From the human T2T-CHM13v2.0 reference genome, Homo sapiens: a stretch of 64,000 nt of DNA. Where the stretch lies: NCBI RefSeq assembly GCF_009914755.1, contig NC_060925.1; one strand, given 5' to 3'. The notes under the pieces were generated by a model that was not told the origin of the DNA, ran no database searches, and saw nothing but the letters and a program-made list of their open reading frames with translations. Position numbers and translations under genes: made by a program. Below, piece by piece: positions 38,925-53,250 of the stretch; the stretch's first letter is position 1; every line of letters begins with the position of its first letter.

Positions 38925-39272
38925 CCAAGGTGGCAAACTTGTAACCCACAGGTGTCAAATGAGTCATTTTGCTTTGCATGTCACCATGCTTTTGAATTTT
39001 TTTTTGTTTTAGCTTTGTCAACATTTAACAATTGTAAAACTTCACATCACATGAAAACCCCGATTTCCAACTTTGCTGGAAAAAGCAGAAGCTCTGGTGG
39101 AATAAAGCCCACCTTCCTGCTGGGTGGCAGCCCCCCCTCCCTGGGATCAGACAAGGACTCTCCCTCTTGCCTTCCTGACACTGAAGCCAACGTCAGTTGC
39201 CACATTGTCACTTGCACTATGGTTTTAATGTCACCGACATGGCCCCTGGAAGCACGGAAGTCTGAGAGGCCT
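38925..39272. mobile_element. MER102-type hAT-Charlie fossil
   Basis: ggtggcaaac...aacttcacatcacatgaaaaccccgatttccaactttgctggaaaaagcagaagctctgg. Confidence 0.6.
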
Positions 39273-40469
39273 GGAGCTGGAAACCTGGAGCCCTGCGTTC
39301 TGACTTGCTCTGTGACCTCAAGCAAGTCCCTTCCCCTCTCTGTGCCTCATCACTTCCTTTATGAACTGAAGGGCCAGACAAGTGATCTAAGAGCCCTTCT
39401 TGCCCACAGTGTCCCAAAATCAATAAAGAGGGCTGGGGAGTTGAGCAGACCTTCCTTGGTTGAAGGCCTCTGTCCAGGCATGGGGGGCACTGCTGCAAAG
39501 AGACTGCATCCTCCCGACTCCCCCAAACTCAAAGTGCATCCAGGTGCTCCTGAGGGTCTGCTGGGCACTTGCTGCCCCTCCACACCACTCATGAGCTCCA
39601 CTGAACCTGTCCCCAGCAGCGGGTATGCCCCTCAGATAGATGACTTGCTCTTCTTATGTTCCATGGGCACATGTAATGGGTGGGCAGCAGGCGGAAGAGC
39701 AGGACACAATCTCTGTGCTCATAGGCCGTGAGCGGCAGAGAACACCAAGCAGCAGCTGCAGGCAAAAGAAAGCCACTCCCCACAGTGCAACTCTGATCTC
39801 TCCGCCACGGCATGGATACCCACCCCTGGCTGCTGCAGGCCGACCCCTGAGAAGCCACTGGAAAAGAGTGCAGGGCCTGGGCCGGGCACAGGTGCCTGTC
39901 CAGAGCACAGATTCAGAGTCTGAGCAAATTCAACCCAAATGCTTCCGGTGCCTCCTCCGTGCCTGGCAGTGGGCTCAAGTCCCACCAGTCACTTCCTAAA
40001 TATGAACTAACCATATCATGATCTGTGTCGTGATTGCTGCAGCTGCGGCGGGAGCTCTCGGGAGAGACCTGGCAAGCCCTATCTGCCAGCCTCCACCGCC
40101 TCCTTCACGGAATTGCCTCCTTCTTGCTGGAGCTGTTGTGAGAACCAGATGAGAACAACAGCCAGCATGCCTGGAGAGCTTTTCTGCACCCAGCACGGTT
40201 TGGGCTCTTTTCAAGTGACGCTGCGTGTGGCCCGGCCAGCTCACCACACTCACACGTGCCTCTCATGCCTCACACCCGCAGGGCGCCCACACCCACTTCC
40301 ACACTCACACCCGCCCACCCCCCTGCTCACAAGTGCGTCCTCCCAGGCCCCAGGCCCCCGCCCCTCTCCCCTCCCCTCCCCTGTGGCCAGTGAGCTCCCA
40401 GCCTGCCCTGCGCTGGCCCCATGGTGCTGTCAGGCTCCCCGAAGCCACAGCCTGCCCTGACTCCCACAG

Positions 40470-40680
40470 CCAAATCGAGTCAAAGACCAATTAATATTCT
40501 GATACCTGTGGCCAGCTGAAGTGATGGAGAGCTGCTGATTTCTTTTTCCATTTTACTCCAACTGTGGTTTCTTTTTTTTTTCCCAGCCCTCCTTTGGTCA
40601 GTGGTTTTAGGGGCACTAAAGTTCACTTTTGTGGGTAACCTGCACTGTTAGCTGTTGATTTAATTAACTCAGCCTTTCTC
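40470..40680. promoter_or_regulatory. Candidate enhancer block with homeodomain motifs
   Basis: Repeat-free; CAATTAAT 40488; TGATTTAA 40656 overlapping TTAATTAA 40660. Confidence 0.35.
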
Positions 40681-41694
40681 TTCCTTGACCAGAACACGGC
40701 CAGCCGGGCTGCTCTGCAGACACCCATTTGGACAGCCGACGGCTGGAGGCGTCTGGCAGGAGGAGCATGTGGTCCCTGGCAGCCACTCGCCAGCCCCGCT
40801 GTCGTTGACAGCTGAGTGTTTTCTGCAGCACTTCTGAGCCACCAGTGTGTGAGGTTCAAGGGGGGTTTGCTCTTATTTGATGGGTGGGCAAATTGAGGCT
40901 CCGAGGTAAGAATTCAATAAGGTTGCAAAGCTAGCAACGAGCATTCCTAGGTTTGCAAACCAGGCATGCCTTTGTCCACAAGCCTCTATTTTGAAGAGAC
41001 TGCCACGCCCCTAAAAGGTGTGGCATTGGAGGTGAGGCAGAGAGAAAGCTGGAAGACACAACGGGGAAGAGGAGTGCAGGGGATTTTAAGGAAGATGCTA
41101 GTTGAAGTTGTAACCTCTTGGCCTCACTCCTGGGGTTCTTCCTTACAATGGAGCAAACCAGAATCTTTCTTCCTCTCAGACGTTTCCAGAATTCTTGCAC
41201 GAATCTCTCAGTGGCAAGGTGAAAGGAACATCAGGCCTTCCACAGAGGGACAGAAACCCTTGCCCAGTGGAGGCCTCCAACCACAGAGGACCCTTAGAGA
41301 TAGGAAGCCCAGGGCGAGAGGGAGAAGGAGAGGGACCAGGCGCAGACACCTGAGGATGAGCAAACAGAAGTGAGGCCAGGGATGTGGTGAGACTCTCCGG
41401 GTGACTTGGAGAAACTTCATCCCACTCTCTGGACCCCAGAGAGGCAGTGAGGGATGCCCTCAGTGGGCAGAGATGGCTGTTCCAGCCCGGGCAGCTTGTG
41501 GGTTATGGAACTCTGGCTGCTGGAATAGAGAAGCTGGCAAGAGTAGGGAGTTCAGGCAGGGTTCTAAGCCTAGGGGCCGACCCTCCTCTTCTCCCCTTCC
41601 CGCTCCACCTCCTCCAGGAAGCTCCTCACCCCTCACCCATGCCTGTTCCCCAGCCCTGTGCCCAGGGCTCCGTGGGCCTTTTTTTCTTGCCACC

Positions 41695-42095
41695 AGGGTG
41701 AATCGTCAATTGATTTGTTATTTATCCCACTGACAACAAAGAGAGTGAAAAGGTAATAATTCTGGGCCCTGGGGTAATTCAATTCCTGTAGCACCGTCAG
41801 CTACATTAACTTACTTCCTGGATCTCAATTCAATTAGAGCAACATTCCCCAGCATTAATAAATCAATACTCATGCCATTTGGATATATTTTGAATGTCTT
41901 TCATTATACATTGCAGGTCAGGGATGGCTGTTGAATTGGAAGTTAATGGGACAGGACAGGGCAGGTGGGGCTGCCTGGGGAGAAGCTTCCAGCCGTTAGC
42001 TCTAATTGCCTCTGCTGCAAAAGAGGGCGTTAGTAAAACAGAGGCCTGGTTAACTTAGCCGAGCCCGCCTGGAGTTACAGCAAGTTGCAACTCCT
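41695..42095. promoter_or_regulatory. Candidate conserved developmental enhancer
   Basis: Sharp AT-rich, repeat-free island: TGACA 41731, AACAAAG 41735, ACTTCCTG 41813, ATAAATCA (=TGATTTAT) 41858, many TAAT/ATTA, GTTGCAAC 42084. Confidence 0.55.
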
Positions 42096-42485
42096 GTCTG
42101 GGTAGACGGGAGCCACGGTGGTTGGAGAGACTGTGTTCACCCACTTGGATACTCATTCATGCATTCATTTCCCCATCCCTCCCCTCCCAACCTTCCTCCT
42201 ATCCATCCTTTCACTCTCCAGCCCCTTGTCATCCCTCCTCTAAGCCTTCTTTTGGACTCTCCCTATTCCTCCTCCCACCCTCCTCCTGGTTCTTCCTGTC
42301 CCTCCTCCTATCCCGCCTCTCAACCCTCCCCCCGTCCTTCCTCTCATCCCTCCTCACAATTTTCCTGTCTCTCCTCTTATCCCTCCTTCATCTTCTCCCC
42401 ATCTTCCTCCTATCCTTTTCTTCCTTTCTTCCAATTTTTTTTCCATCTTTTGATTTTTCTCCCCATCCAGAACACTGCACTGTAC

Positions 42486-42522
42486 TGTAGGGCCTGGAGT
42501 TTATGAGGCTCCAGGCCCTACA
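42486..42522. repeat. Perfect inverted repeat, 14-bp arms, 9-nt spacer
   Basis: tgtagggcctggag-tttatgagg-ctccaggccctaca. Confidence 0.97.
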
Positions 42523-43282
42523 CTGGCTTTTGGGCTTGTATGGGGTACAGCATACGTGTTCTCCAGCCTCAGGGACTCAGACGTCTAAATGAATAATGGC
42601 GAGCCAGTGTTTAAGAGCAATGACATGGACAATCATTAATACCTCTGTGGAAGAGGGGCCAGAGCAGGGCTCAGCACCCACCTGTGGCTGGGAGTTCTGA
42701 CCCTGGGGATCAGGGAAGGGTCGGGGGAACGCTCCCTAGAGGAGGTAACACCTGGGGTAGATTCTGAAGGATGAGATGGTCTTGGCTGGGAGGCTTGAAG
42801 ATCAGGAGCTGCAGAGAACCCAAGGAAACCGAGGCCTGCAGGGCAGGGGCTTGCCATCAGGAACATGGATCCAAATCACCCAGGAAGTGATAAAAGTGGG
42901 GATTCCAGGCCCCTCCTCTGGGAAGTCTGATCCAGGAGGTGTGGGAAGGGGTCAGAAGTCAGCGTTGGTGGCCATAACACGGAAGATGCCTGCTTGGAGT
43001 GAGCCCACATCTCAGGTTCGCCACAACTGGCCATGTGGCTGAGCAAGTCCCTAACTTCTCTGAGCCTTCCTGGGTCTTTCATCAAATTTCTCATTCAATA
43101 ATACCCCTGGAGGGGTCAAGAGAGCACTGGTGGCAAACAAAGACACTGAGGACCAACCAGATGGGGGGCTGGGCCACAGGTGCTGTCTCCACCTTCCCTA
43201 TGTGGAGGCTCAGGGCCTTTGCACCTGCTACTCCCTCTGCTGGTCACTGTCACCCCCAGTTTCCCTACGGTTGACTCTTCCC

Positions 43283-44124
<842 letters not shown>

Positions 44125-44129
44125 TCTTC

Positions 44130-44425
44130 CTTTAGGCCTTGCTCAAATGTCACCTTCCCAGAGATGCCTTCCCGGACATGTCTGTTTTAAGGACTCCAGC
44201 CCTCTCTTCATTGTCTCTCCCCTCTGGATCTACTCCTTTTCTGCATGGCATCTGTCAGCACCTGACATCCTATCTATTTTAATTCTTAATCTTGTTTATT
44301 GCCCTCCTCTCCCCACTAGAGTAGGCTCCATGAAATCAGACAGTCAGTTTTGCTCACTGCTGTACCTCCTGCACTGGAATGCTCCCTGGGATACAGTAGG
44401 TATTAATAAATAAATGTCGAATAAA
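44130..44425 (+). mobile_element. L2 3' end
   Basis: ttgctcaaatgtcaccttcccagagatgccttccc...ttttgctcactgctgtacc...cagtaggtattaataaataaatg. Confidence 0.8.
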
Positions 44426-44738
44426 AGGATGCAAGTGGAGCTGAACTGGTCTGAGGGGCAGCCCTTTTCCCGGTGTGGCCGTCAGCCTTCAGCATGATGC
44501 TGGACATACCCTTTGCCCTAGCTAGCTCAGCCTGTTTTTCCACCTAATAGGAGAGTGCTGGATTCCCCCTTCCATTTAACAAGTATGTTCCAAGCACCTG
44601 CCACGTGCCACACTGTGTTCTGGGCCCCAGACAGACACAGCACCTGCCCTCATGATGCTGATCCTCTAGAATAAAACCACTGAGGGTCCTTCCAGATCCC
44701 ATGTACTCCTACTTGGCCCTCAGGCCTCCAACAAATGC

Positions 44739-45110
44739 TGCTATGGACTGAATTGTGTCCCTGCAAACATTCATTGGTTGGAGTCCAACCCCCACAATGT
44801 GATGGTACTTAGAGATGGGAGCTTTGGGAGGTAATCAGGGTTAGATGCAGTCTTGAGGCTGGCCCCTCATGATGGGATTAGTGCCCTTATGAGAAGAGGA
44901 AGAGGGAGAAATCACTCTTTCTCCACCACACGCAGACACAGTGAGAAGGTGGCCATCTGCAAGATAGGAAGGGAGCCCTCACCAGGAACCAAACTGGCCG
45001 GCACCTTAATCTTGAACTTCTCAGACTCTAGAGCTGTGAGAAGTAACTGTGTGTTGTTTAAGCACCCCATCTGTGGTGTTTTTTTGCAGCAACCAGAGCA
45101 GACTGAGACA
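44739..45110 (+). mobile_element. MLT1A-type MaLR solo LTR with intact 5-bp TSD
   Basis: tgctatggactgaattgtgtcc...gcagactgagaca; TSD AATGC at 44734-44738 and 45111-45115. Confidence 0.9.
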
Positions 45111-47327
45111 AATGCTGATGGCCGATTGCCTGAGTTCAGAGATCCACAGCTTCCATGTTAGGCTGGGGTGTTTCACAACAGGAGTCTCCTGGGAGGGAGT
45201 GGAGACCCACCAGATGGGGCCTATGGAGAACAAGCTCTTGCTCACCTTCAGGCCTTTGCACAGCTCTCTCCTGCCTGGCATTCCCCCTCCCCATTCCTCA
45301 CTCTATCACTAGCCAGCTCCTCCTCACCCTTTGGGTCTTGGCTTCCGTGCTGCCTCCTCTGGGAAGCCTTCCTTGACACAGTGTCTGGATTAGGGACACA
45401 CAGGGTTAGGGCTGGTTCCCACAGCCCCTGGGCCTCCTGTGTGAGTGTACTCTCCCTGCTGGGCCAACATTGTTCCTTTACCATCTGTCTCTACTTAGCA
45501 CCTCCTGCGAGCACCCAAGGGCAGGCCTGGAGCTGGCAACCTCAGGGCTGGTCCCACTCTCAGTGGGGCCCACCTTCACTTCACTGTGGCTAAGGCCACA
45601 CAGCTAGTGGTTCTCCAAGCCGAGGCACAAGCCCAGGCCCATCAGATGCCCAAGTGTGTGCTCCTTCTCCCTCTGCTCCACGGATACATGCTCTCACTTG
45701 CGCTCCCAAACCATCTCTTGTGTGTCTTCATGAAAAATGAGTCTTCCCATGAGTCTGATGGAGAAACTGAGGCCCGGAACAGTCATCAGACCAAAGTCAC
45801 ATGGCCAGTGAGGAGCTGCTGGGACCGGAATCCAAGGTTCCCGCTGCTCCCAAATTCACTCACTGCACTCAAACTTCCCCGACCCCAGCCCCACACACCC
45901 CAAGGAAATGTTCTTTGCCCAGCAATTCATCAGCCCCTGGCAGTGAGCTCTCACTGCATCCTGAGACCCTCACCTGACCACTGTGTTCACTTTCCTATTC
46001 CTTGGGAGGAAGCTGTCACTGGTCCCACTTTGCAGAAGGGAAAACAGAGGCCCAGAGACATGAGGTCACTTGTTTACTATTCACTCAGCTAGTTAGTGGC
46101 AGGGCGGGGATTTAAGCCCACTGAGTCAGAGCACCCCTTCTAAGCTCTGAGCAACAGTCAGGCCATGACCCATTCATTCGTTCACTCTTTCTTCCTTCAC
46201 TCATTTAACCCGTGCTAAATACAACTTCCCTATGAGGGAGACGGATAACACACAGGTAAACACACACATCAACACACACGTCAACAAAGTGATTTCAGAG
46301 TTGTGATGCCTTAAAGAGAACAATGCAGGGTGATGTGGCAGAAAGTGACCGGGGCAGGGGACACTGCTTTAGCCCAGAGATCCTAGCTAGGGATGCGATG
46401 TTTGAGCTACTAGCCAAGGGCCACTCAAAGATTTGGGGAAAGACCCCAAAGTGAGAATTGCAGCATCGTGAGGAAGAGAAAGAGTACTTGGAGGGGCAGA
46501 GATGGATCAAGGAAGGAAGGAGACCAGGATGCCCGTCTCTTGGGTTGGGTGACCCCAAGAAACCACTGCTCCTTCTGGGCAGCTGGCCTGGCCATGTCCA
46601 GGTCCATGCTGGAGGGACCTTGATATAGTGGCTGGAGGCAATGAGAAGGTGTGCTGGCCGAGGCCCCCAGGCCTGAGGTTTGCTGAGTTAAGGCAGCCTG
46701 TGAGTGAGACCAGCTGGACTCTATGACTGCCAGGGGCCTGTTCAACTTGTGGCTGGCTCCCCGGGCCTAAGGAGGGAGCAAGTGACTGCAGACACATGGC
46801 CCACATGGACCACTAGGGTGGCGTCACTCAGGGAGAAGAGACTAGATCCCAAGCCCACAGCTCAGGTGTGAGGCTCACAGCCAGCTGCAGGGGTCAGAGG
46901 CCTGAGTGCCCCCCGAGCACCTGCATGCCAGGTCTGTGTTAGACCAAGACCTCCTGGATCCTCAGCAGGCCGTGGGGAGAGAGGCCTGCCCAGGGAGGCC
47001 CTTGGAGAGGCAGAGCTGGGGCACTGGCCCTGCCCCTCTGCCCATCCTGGTAGCTGTCTCCCTATGGCACCGTCCCCCAACTCCAGAGCTTTGGACAGAG
47101 ACTGAGCATCAGCCTCCTCAGGGGAGGACAAAGGACCAGGTCTATCTGGTCACTTAACTATTTGACAGGTTTTAACGCCTCATGGGGGATGGTCAGAGAC
47201 CCTGGACCGAGGCCCCTTAGGAACCCTAGAGGGGGCAGCTCTCCTGTGTCTGAGCCTCAGCTTCTCTTTGAGACACATAAGGGGACAGCCCAGGACAGGA
47301 GAAAGCACAGGCGCTTTGACATTTTCA

Positions 47328-47669
<342 letters not shown>

Positions 47670-48664
47670 CCTGGGTTAAAATCCTGATTCCCCTTGTATG
47701 ACCTTGGGCAAGTCACCCTGCCTCTATCCTCAGTTTCCTCATTTGCAAAACCAGAGCTACACCGTGCACCACCAAGGCTAGCTAGAGATTCAACAGGAGG
47801 ACGCAGATAAGGAACGGATTGCCCCAGGCGCGCAGTGAACACTGGCCTCCTCTCTCTGCTTATTTTTACTCAGCTTAAATTTATCTGTACATCCCCAACC
47901 ACCACCTGTGTCACTAACTCGCTGTGGTGACCTGACATCAGACCTTTCTCTCTCTGGTCTTCATAGCATTTGGAAGTTGAGGAGACTTCAAGTTTCAAGT
48001 CTTGAGCCCACACCCTCATGCAATGACAAACTAAGACTTCCAAGGTCAGCGCCGAAGCAGGGCTTTGGTCTCGAGGTGATCCAGCCAGAGACTCATCCCT
48101 GGGTCCTGGCTCTCCCCATCGCCCCACTAGGAGAGCTTGAGCAAGTCCCGTTCCCTCTCTGGGCCTCAGTTGCCCATCAGAATAATGAGGGTTGGGGTCA
48201 GGTATTTTCTGAGGACTCTTCTTATTCTGTTATTTGTCAAGTAAGGGATTCTGAGTTGGATCGGCAGGGCTGCAGCTCTGGCCACCTGGGTGACTTATCT
48301 AAGAAGTCAGCTGATGGCTCCCCTCGTCCCAGGCTGGGTCACACCTCCCTGCCTGTGACCGTGTGACTCTCTCCTCCTCCACTGGTGAGTCCCTTCGTTC
48401 ACACCACAGGTATTGATCTCACGCCACTGTCACCTCTGATAGGAAGTGTTTTCTGACCTCTAGCCGCCAGGTAAAACAAACCTCTCTCTTCTTCATGCCT
48501 CCCAGGCCCCAAGCACACTCTCAGTGTCAAACACGGAGCACTCTATTGTCTTTGCGTGTTTGTTTGTGTGTCCTGGGAGCTTCTTGAGGACTGTGTCTGG
48601 GCCTGATCCAGGCCTGTATCCAGCATTGGGCCTGGGGCACAGTTGGCAGAGTAAGAATCTATTG

Positions 48665-48753
48665 AGGAAGAAAGGAGGAAAGGAGGGAAGGAGGGAAGGA
48701 TAGAAGGAAGGAAGGAAGGAAGGAAGGAAGGAAGGAAGGAAGGAAGGAAGGAA
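48665..48753 (+). repeat. GGAA microsatellite with 12 consecutive perfect units (48706-48753)
   Basis: Counted directly. Confidence 0.95.
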
Positions 48754-48864
48754 GTCAGGCAGGCTAAGCTCCAGTCCAAGGCAAATGGCAGCCAACAGGC
48801 CTCGCCCTTGTCTCTTGCTGAGAGCCTGTCCCTTGCCCAGCAAGCAGCCCAGGCCCACCTGGCC

Positions 48865-49185
48865 ACTGGAGTCACTAATGAGCATTGATTCCAATCGGAC
48901 ACATCCATCGTGCCGCTCGAGCTCCTTTACTTAAAGAACATTAGGGAGCAAATGTATCATCGGTGACTGGAGGCCCAATAAAGCAGGCACCTCGAGAAAT
49001 TTAGTATTCAACTCATAAAGGCCTTAAAAGCATTTTTCAATTATGAATGGCCTGGGGGGAGTCATTCTTTCTTCGCCAGGGGATGAATAAAGATGGAAAA
49101 TAATAGCATATCAATATTGTTGCAACTTAGAAGGATTAATCTGGAAGAGTTAAAGGCGTTGCGTCTCCCTGCTGCCTGCGTGCTC
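48865..49185. promoter_or_regulatory. Candidate conserved enhancer
   Basis: Repeat-free AT-rich block: ATTGATT 48884, CCAATAAA 48975, CTCATAAA 49012, ATCAATA 49110, GTTGCAAC 49119, GGATTAATCT 49133. Confidence 0.5.
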
Positions 49186-49591
49186 AGGTGCATGGAGAAG
49201 GACTTGGTCAAGGTGACCTTCACCAGGACCCCCGGAGAGAGGCGAACCTCCCAGTGGGTCAGCACCTCAGATGCCTTGACCCTCTCTTTACCTCCCCTGC
49301 AGTCTCACCCCAGAACATCCCCTGGCTCTGAGCCATATGAGGCCTCAGGGGCTGGCCTTGTCATGACAATCACTAAGATTTGTACCATGATTAGGGTCTG
49401 AAGGGGTCTTTATCCTGACTGTGGTGATAGTTACTGTAGTCTGCAGGTGATCAAATATCATAAAACTACACACTCTCCAAAAAAATAAAGTGCACGTAAA
49501 AGCCGGGTGAAGGGGACATTTCTGTACTATTTCTGCAACTTCATGTGAATCTTACTATCTCAAAATAAAGACATTATAATCAAAACTATTA

Positions 49592-49893
<302 letters not shown>

Positions 49894-50015
49894 TTAAAAG
49901 TATAAGTAAACTTAAAATTTGAAAAGCTGTTTTTGCAGGAGCAAAGTACTGGGCCTCCCCTGGCAGAAGCATAAAAAGGCTCAACAGCTTTAGGAAAAGA
50001 TTTTGAACTGCCTGC

Positions 50016-50507
50016 TGTAGCAGGTAGAATAAAACTCCACCCCACCCCCAAATGTGCACATATTCGAATCCCCAGAACCTATGACTATCTTAGGTTACAC
50101 GGCCAAAGGGAATCAATGTTGCACATGAAATTAAGGTTGCTTAACAGTTGACCTTGAGATGGGGAGATTGGATTATCTGGTGGGCCTAATGTATTCACGA
50201 GGGTTTTGTAAGGGGAAGAGAGAAAAAGAAGAGTCAGAGAGAGATTCGAAGATGCTACACTGATGGCTTTGAAGATGGAGGAAGGGGTTATAAGCCAAGG
50301 CGTGCAGGCAGCCTCTAGACATTTAAAAGGGCCGAGAAACATTCTCCTCCAGAGCCTCCAGAGGAACTCAGCCCTGCTGACTCCTGGATTGGCCCAGTGA
50401 GTTCCAATTAGGACTTCTGTCTCTGAAACTGTAAGATAATAAGTGTATTCTTTAAAAACCACTAAGTTTGTAGTAATTTATTACAGCAGGAATAGGAAAC
50501 TAATGCA
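50016..50507 (+). mobile_element. MLT1C/D-type MaLR solo LTR
   Basis: tgtagcaggtagaata...gaccttgagatggggagattggattatctggtgggcctaatgta...cagagcctccagaggaac...aataggaaactaatgca. Confidence 0.85.
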
Positions 50508-50514
50508 CCTAGTA

Positions 50515-51185
50515 AATAATATTTTTGAGTTAAATATGTACCCACCCTAAGACTCAGCAATTTCACTCCTAAAGAAAATCTTTGGTCTGCATTAGGCTAC
50601 AGCTGAGGTGTGGAGACACATACAAGAATATGTGTTGTAGCATTTTTTGAAGCAATTCAACTAGAAACAATCCAAAGGTCCATCAATAAGGATGATACTC
50701 CATCCTGTTATATTCCTACAACAGAATATTATACAGCAGTGAAAATGAATGAATTATAGCTATACACAAACACACGAATGGATTCTGAAACACAATGTCA
50801 AATGAAAGAAGCAAATCACACCAAAAGACATAGAGTGAGATTTACTTATATAAAGCTCAAAAATCGGCAAAACTTAAAAAGCAGATTGTTAAGGGCTTTT
50901 TAAGAAGTAAAACTATGAGGAGAAAAAAGAGATGATTAATACAAAATTGAATATGTCGGCCATCTCTCGGGAGAAACATAATAAGGGATGAAGATGCACG
51001 TGGAGCTTCTAGAGTACAGTGATTTCTTAAGCTGAGTGATGTGGGCGCAGGCATCTGTTTTATCATTATTATTATTATAGAGATTTCTTATATTAATAAT
51101 TATGTACCATTATAATTATTGCTTAAACCACACATGTATATTTACACATCCTTTTGAGTGGTTTGTATAGTTCATAATAAAATAA
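50515..51185 (+). mobile_element. L1ME 3' fragment
   Basis: cagcaatttcactccta...ctagaaacaatccaaaggtccatcaata...gaatattatacagcagtgaaaatgaatgaa. Confidence 0.75.
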
Positions 51186-51939
51186 ACATTCTTTAAGCGT
51201 CCTTGCTTTTGAGCATTTATTTAATCCTCTGTCATTACACTGTGAGCAAGACAAGATAAAGTCCTTTACCTTCATTTTATAACTGGGGAAATTGAGGCTC
51301 TGAGGGGTTAAGTGATGGACTGAAGCCCACCTGCCTACTTCCCAAGCCTCATCTCTACCCACTCACCCCATTTCTCTGTGCTCTGACCTGACTCAGTTCA
51401 AGGAAGCAATGAGACAGCCAAGAGAGAAAATAGGAATTTCTTCCTGGTTTTCAATTTCAAAAAAGGTAGTCAAAACCTCAGGTCATGGAGAAATTTTGGC
51501 GATTGTATGAAGAGTGAGAGCAAACTCCCCCACCCCTCAGATTATGTACTGATCCCTGGACTGATGTAAGTAGAAATGTATGCAGTGGGCATACAGGGCT
51601 TGTGAGGAGTTGGAAGCAGTGGTGTGGTGTAGAGATTGTAGCTCCCTGGAAAGGTGGACCCTATGTTATATTTCCCCTAGACCAAGTACTGGGGAAGACA
51701 ATAGAATGCAGATAGTCTCGTGGGATCTGAAAAAAATCTAGAATTCTCATTCCCAGGTAGAATCCAGGGAAGCTGCAAAATCCCAGAGCATAAATGGTGG
51801 ATGGTTTATGGGCTGGTAATATGGATAGCTTCATCGAGGTTCCCAAAGCTGGTTTTGTGTGGAAGGTACAAATAACCAAAATCTGAAGTGAAAAGAAGGA
51901 GACATCACTACAGAGCTTACAGATATTAAAAATATTTTA

Positions 51940-52269
<330 letters not shown>

Positions 52270-52726
52270 TTATTGTGCAAAGTTTTACAATAATAAATTT
52301 GGTAATTTAGATGAACTGAAAAAATTCATATGTACAAAGATTGTTATAGTCACAACTATACTGGATATTTCCCCCAGTAATGAGAGGTTTGGTTTAACGT
52401 TTTAAGATCAATTATTGTAATTGATCATATTAATAGAATAAGAAAAATAAAAGATAAAATCATACAATCAGTAGATTTTTTTAAATCATCTGATGAGTCA
52501 ACACCCATTCATGATTTTTAAACTTTTAAAAATGTAAAAAAGAAGGAAATTTTCTTAACCTGATAAACCTGATCTACGTGAAACCCCAGCATACATTATA
52601 CCTAAAGGGTAAAATACTGAGAATCTTCACCTGAGAGTGCTAATGAGGCAGTTGTGTCTACTATCACTTCTATTCAACATAGTACTGAAAATTCTAGCCA
52701 GAACGCTAAGGTAAGGAAAAGAAGTA

Positions 52727-52859
52727 GGCTGGTTATGGTGGCTTGTGCCTGTAATCCCAACTACTACTTGGGAGGCTGGGACAGGAGAATCACTTGAGCC
52801 AAGGAGTTCAAGACTAGTCTTGGCAACATAGCAAGACCTCCATCTCTTAAAAAAAAAAA
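52727..52859 (+). mobile_element. FLAM (free left Alu monomer)
   Basis: ggctggttatggtggcttgtgcctgtaatccc...cacttgagccaaggagttcaagactagtcttggcaacatagcaagacctccatctc plus A tail. Confidence 0.85.
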
Positions 52860-52962
52860 TTAACAATTTTTTTAAATTAAAAAAGAAAAAGATATAAAGA
52901 GATCTAAGGATTATAAAGGAAGAAGGAGACATTGTGGTTGTGTCCATAAAAATTCTAAAGTA

Positions 52963-53250
<288 letters not shown>

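Noticed and set aside
38952-39731. 259-aa ORF
   Set aside because: Runs through MER102-like and MIR fossils; no transposase motifs.
46808-46825. CTCF-like ccactagggtggcg, and ccagcaggggagag at ~13216
   Set aside because: An extra base or mismatches disrupt the GGC part of the core.
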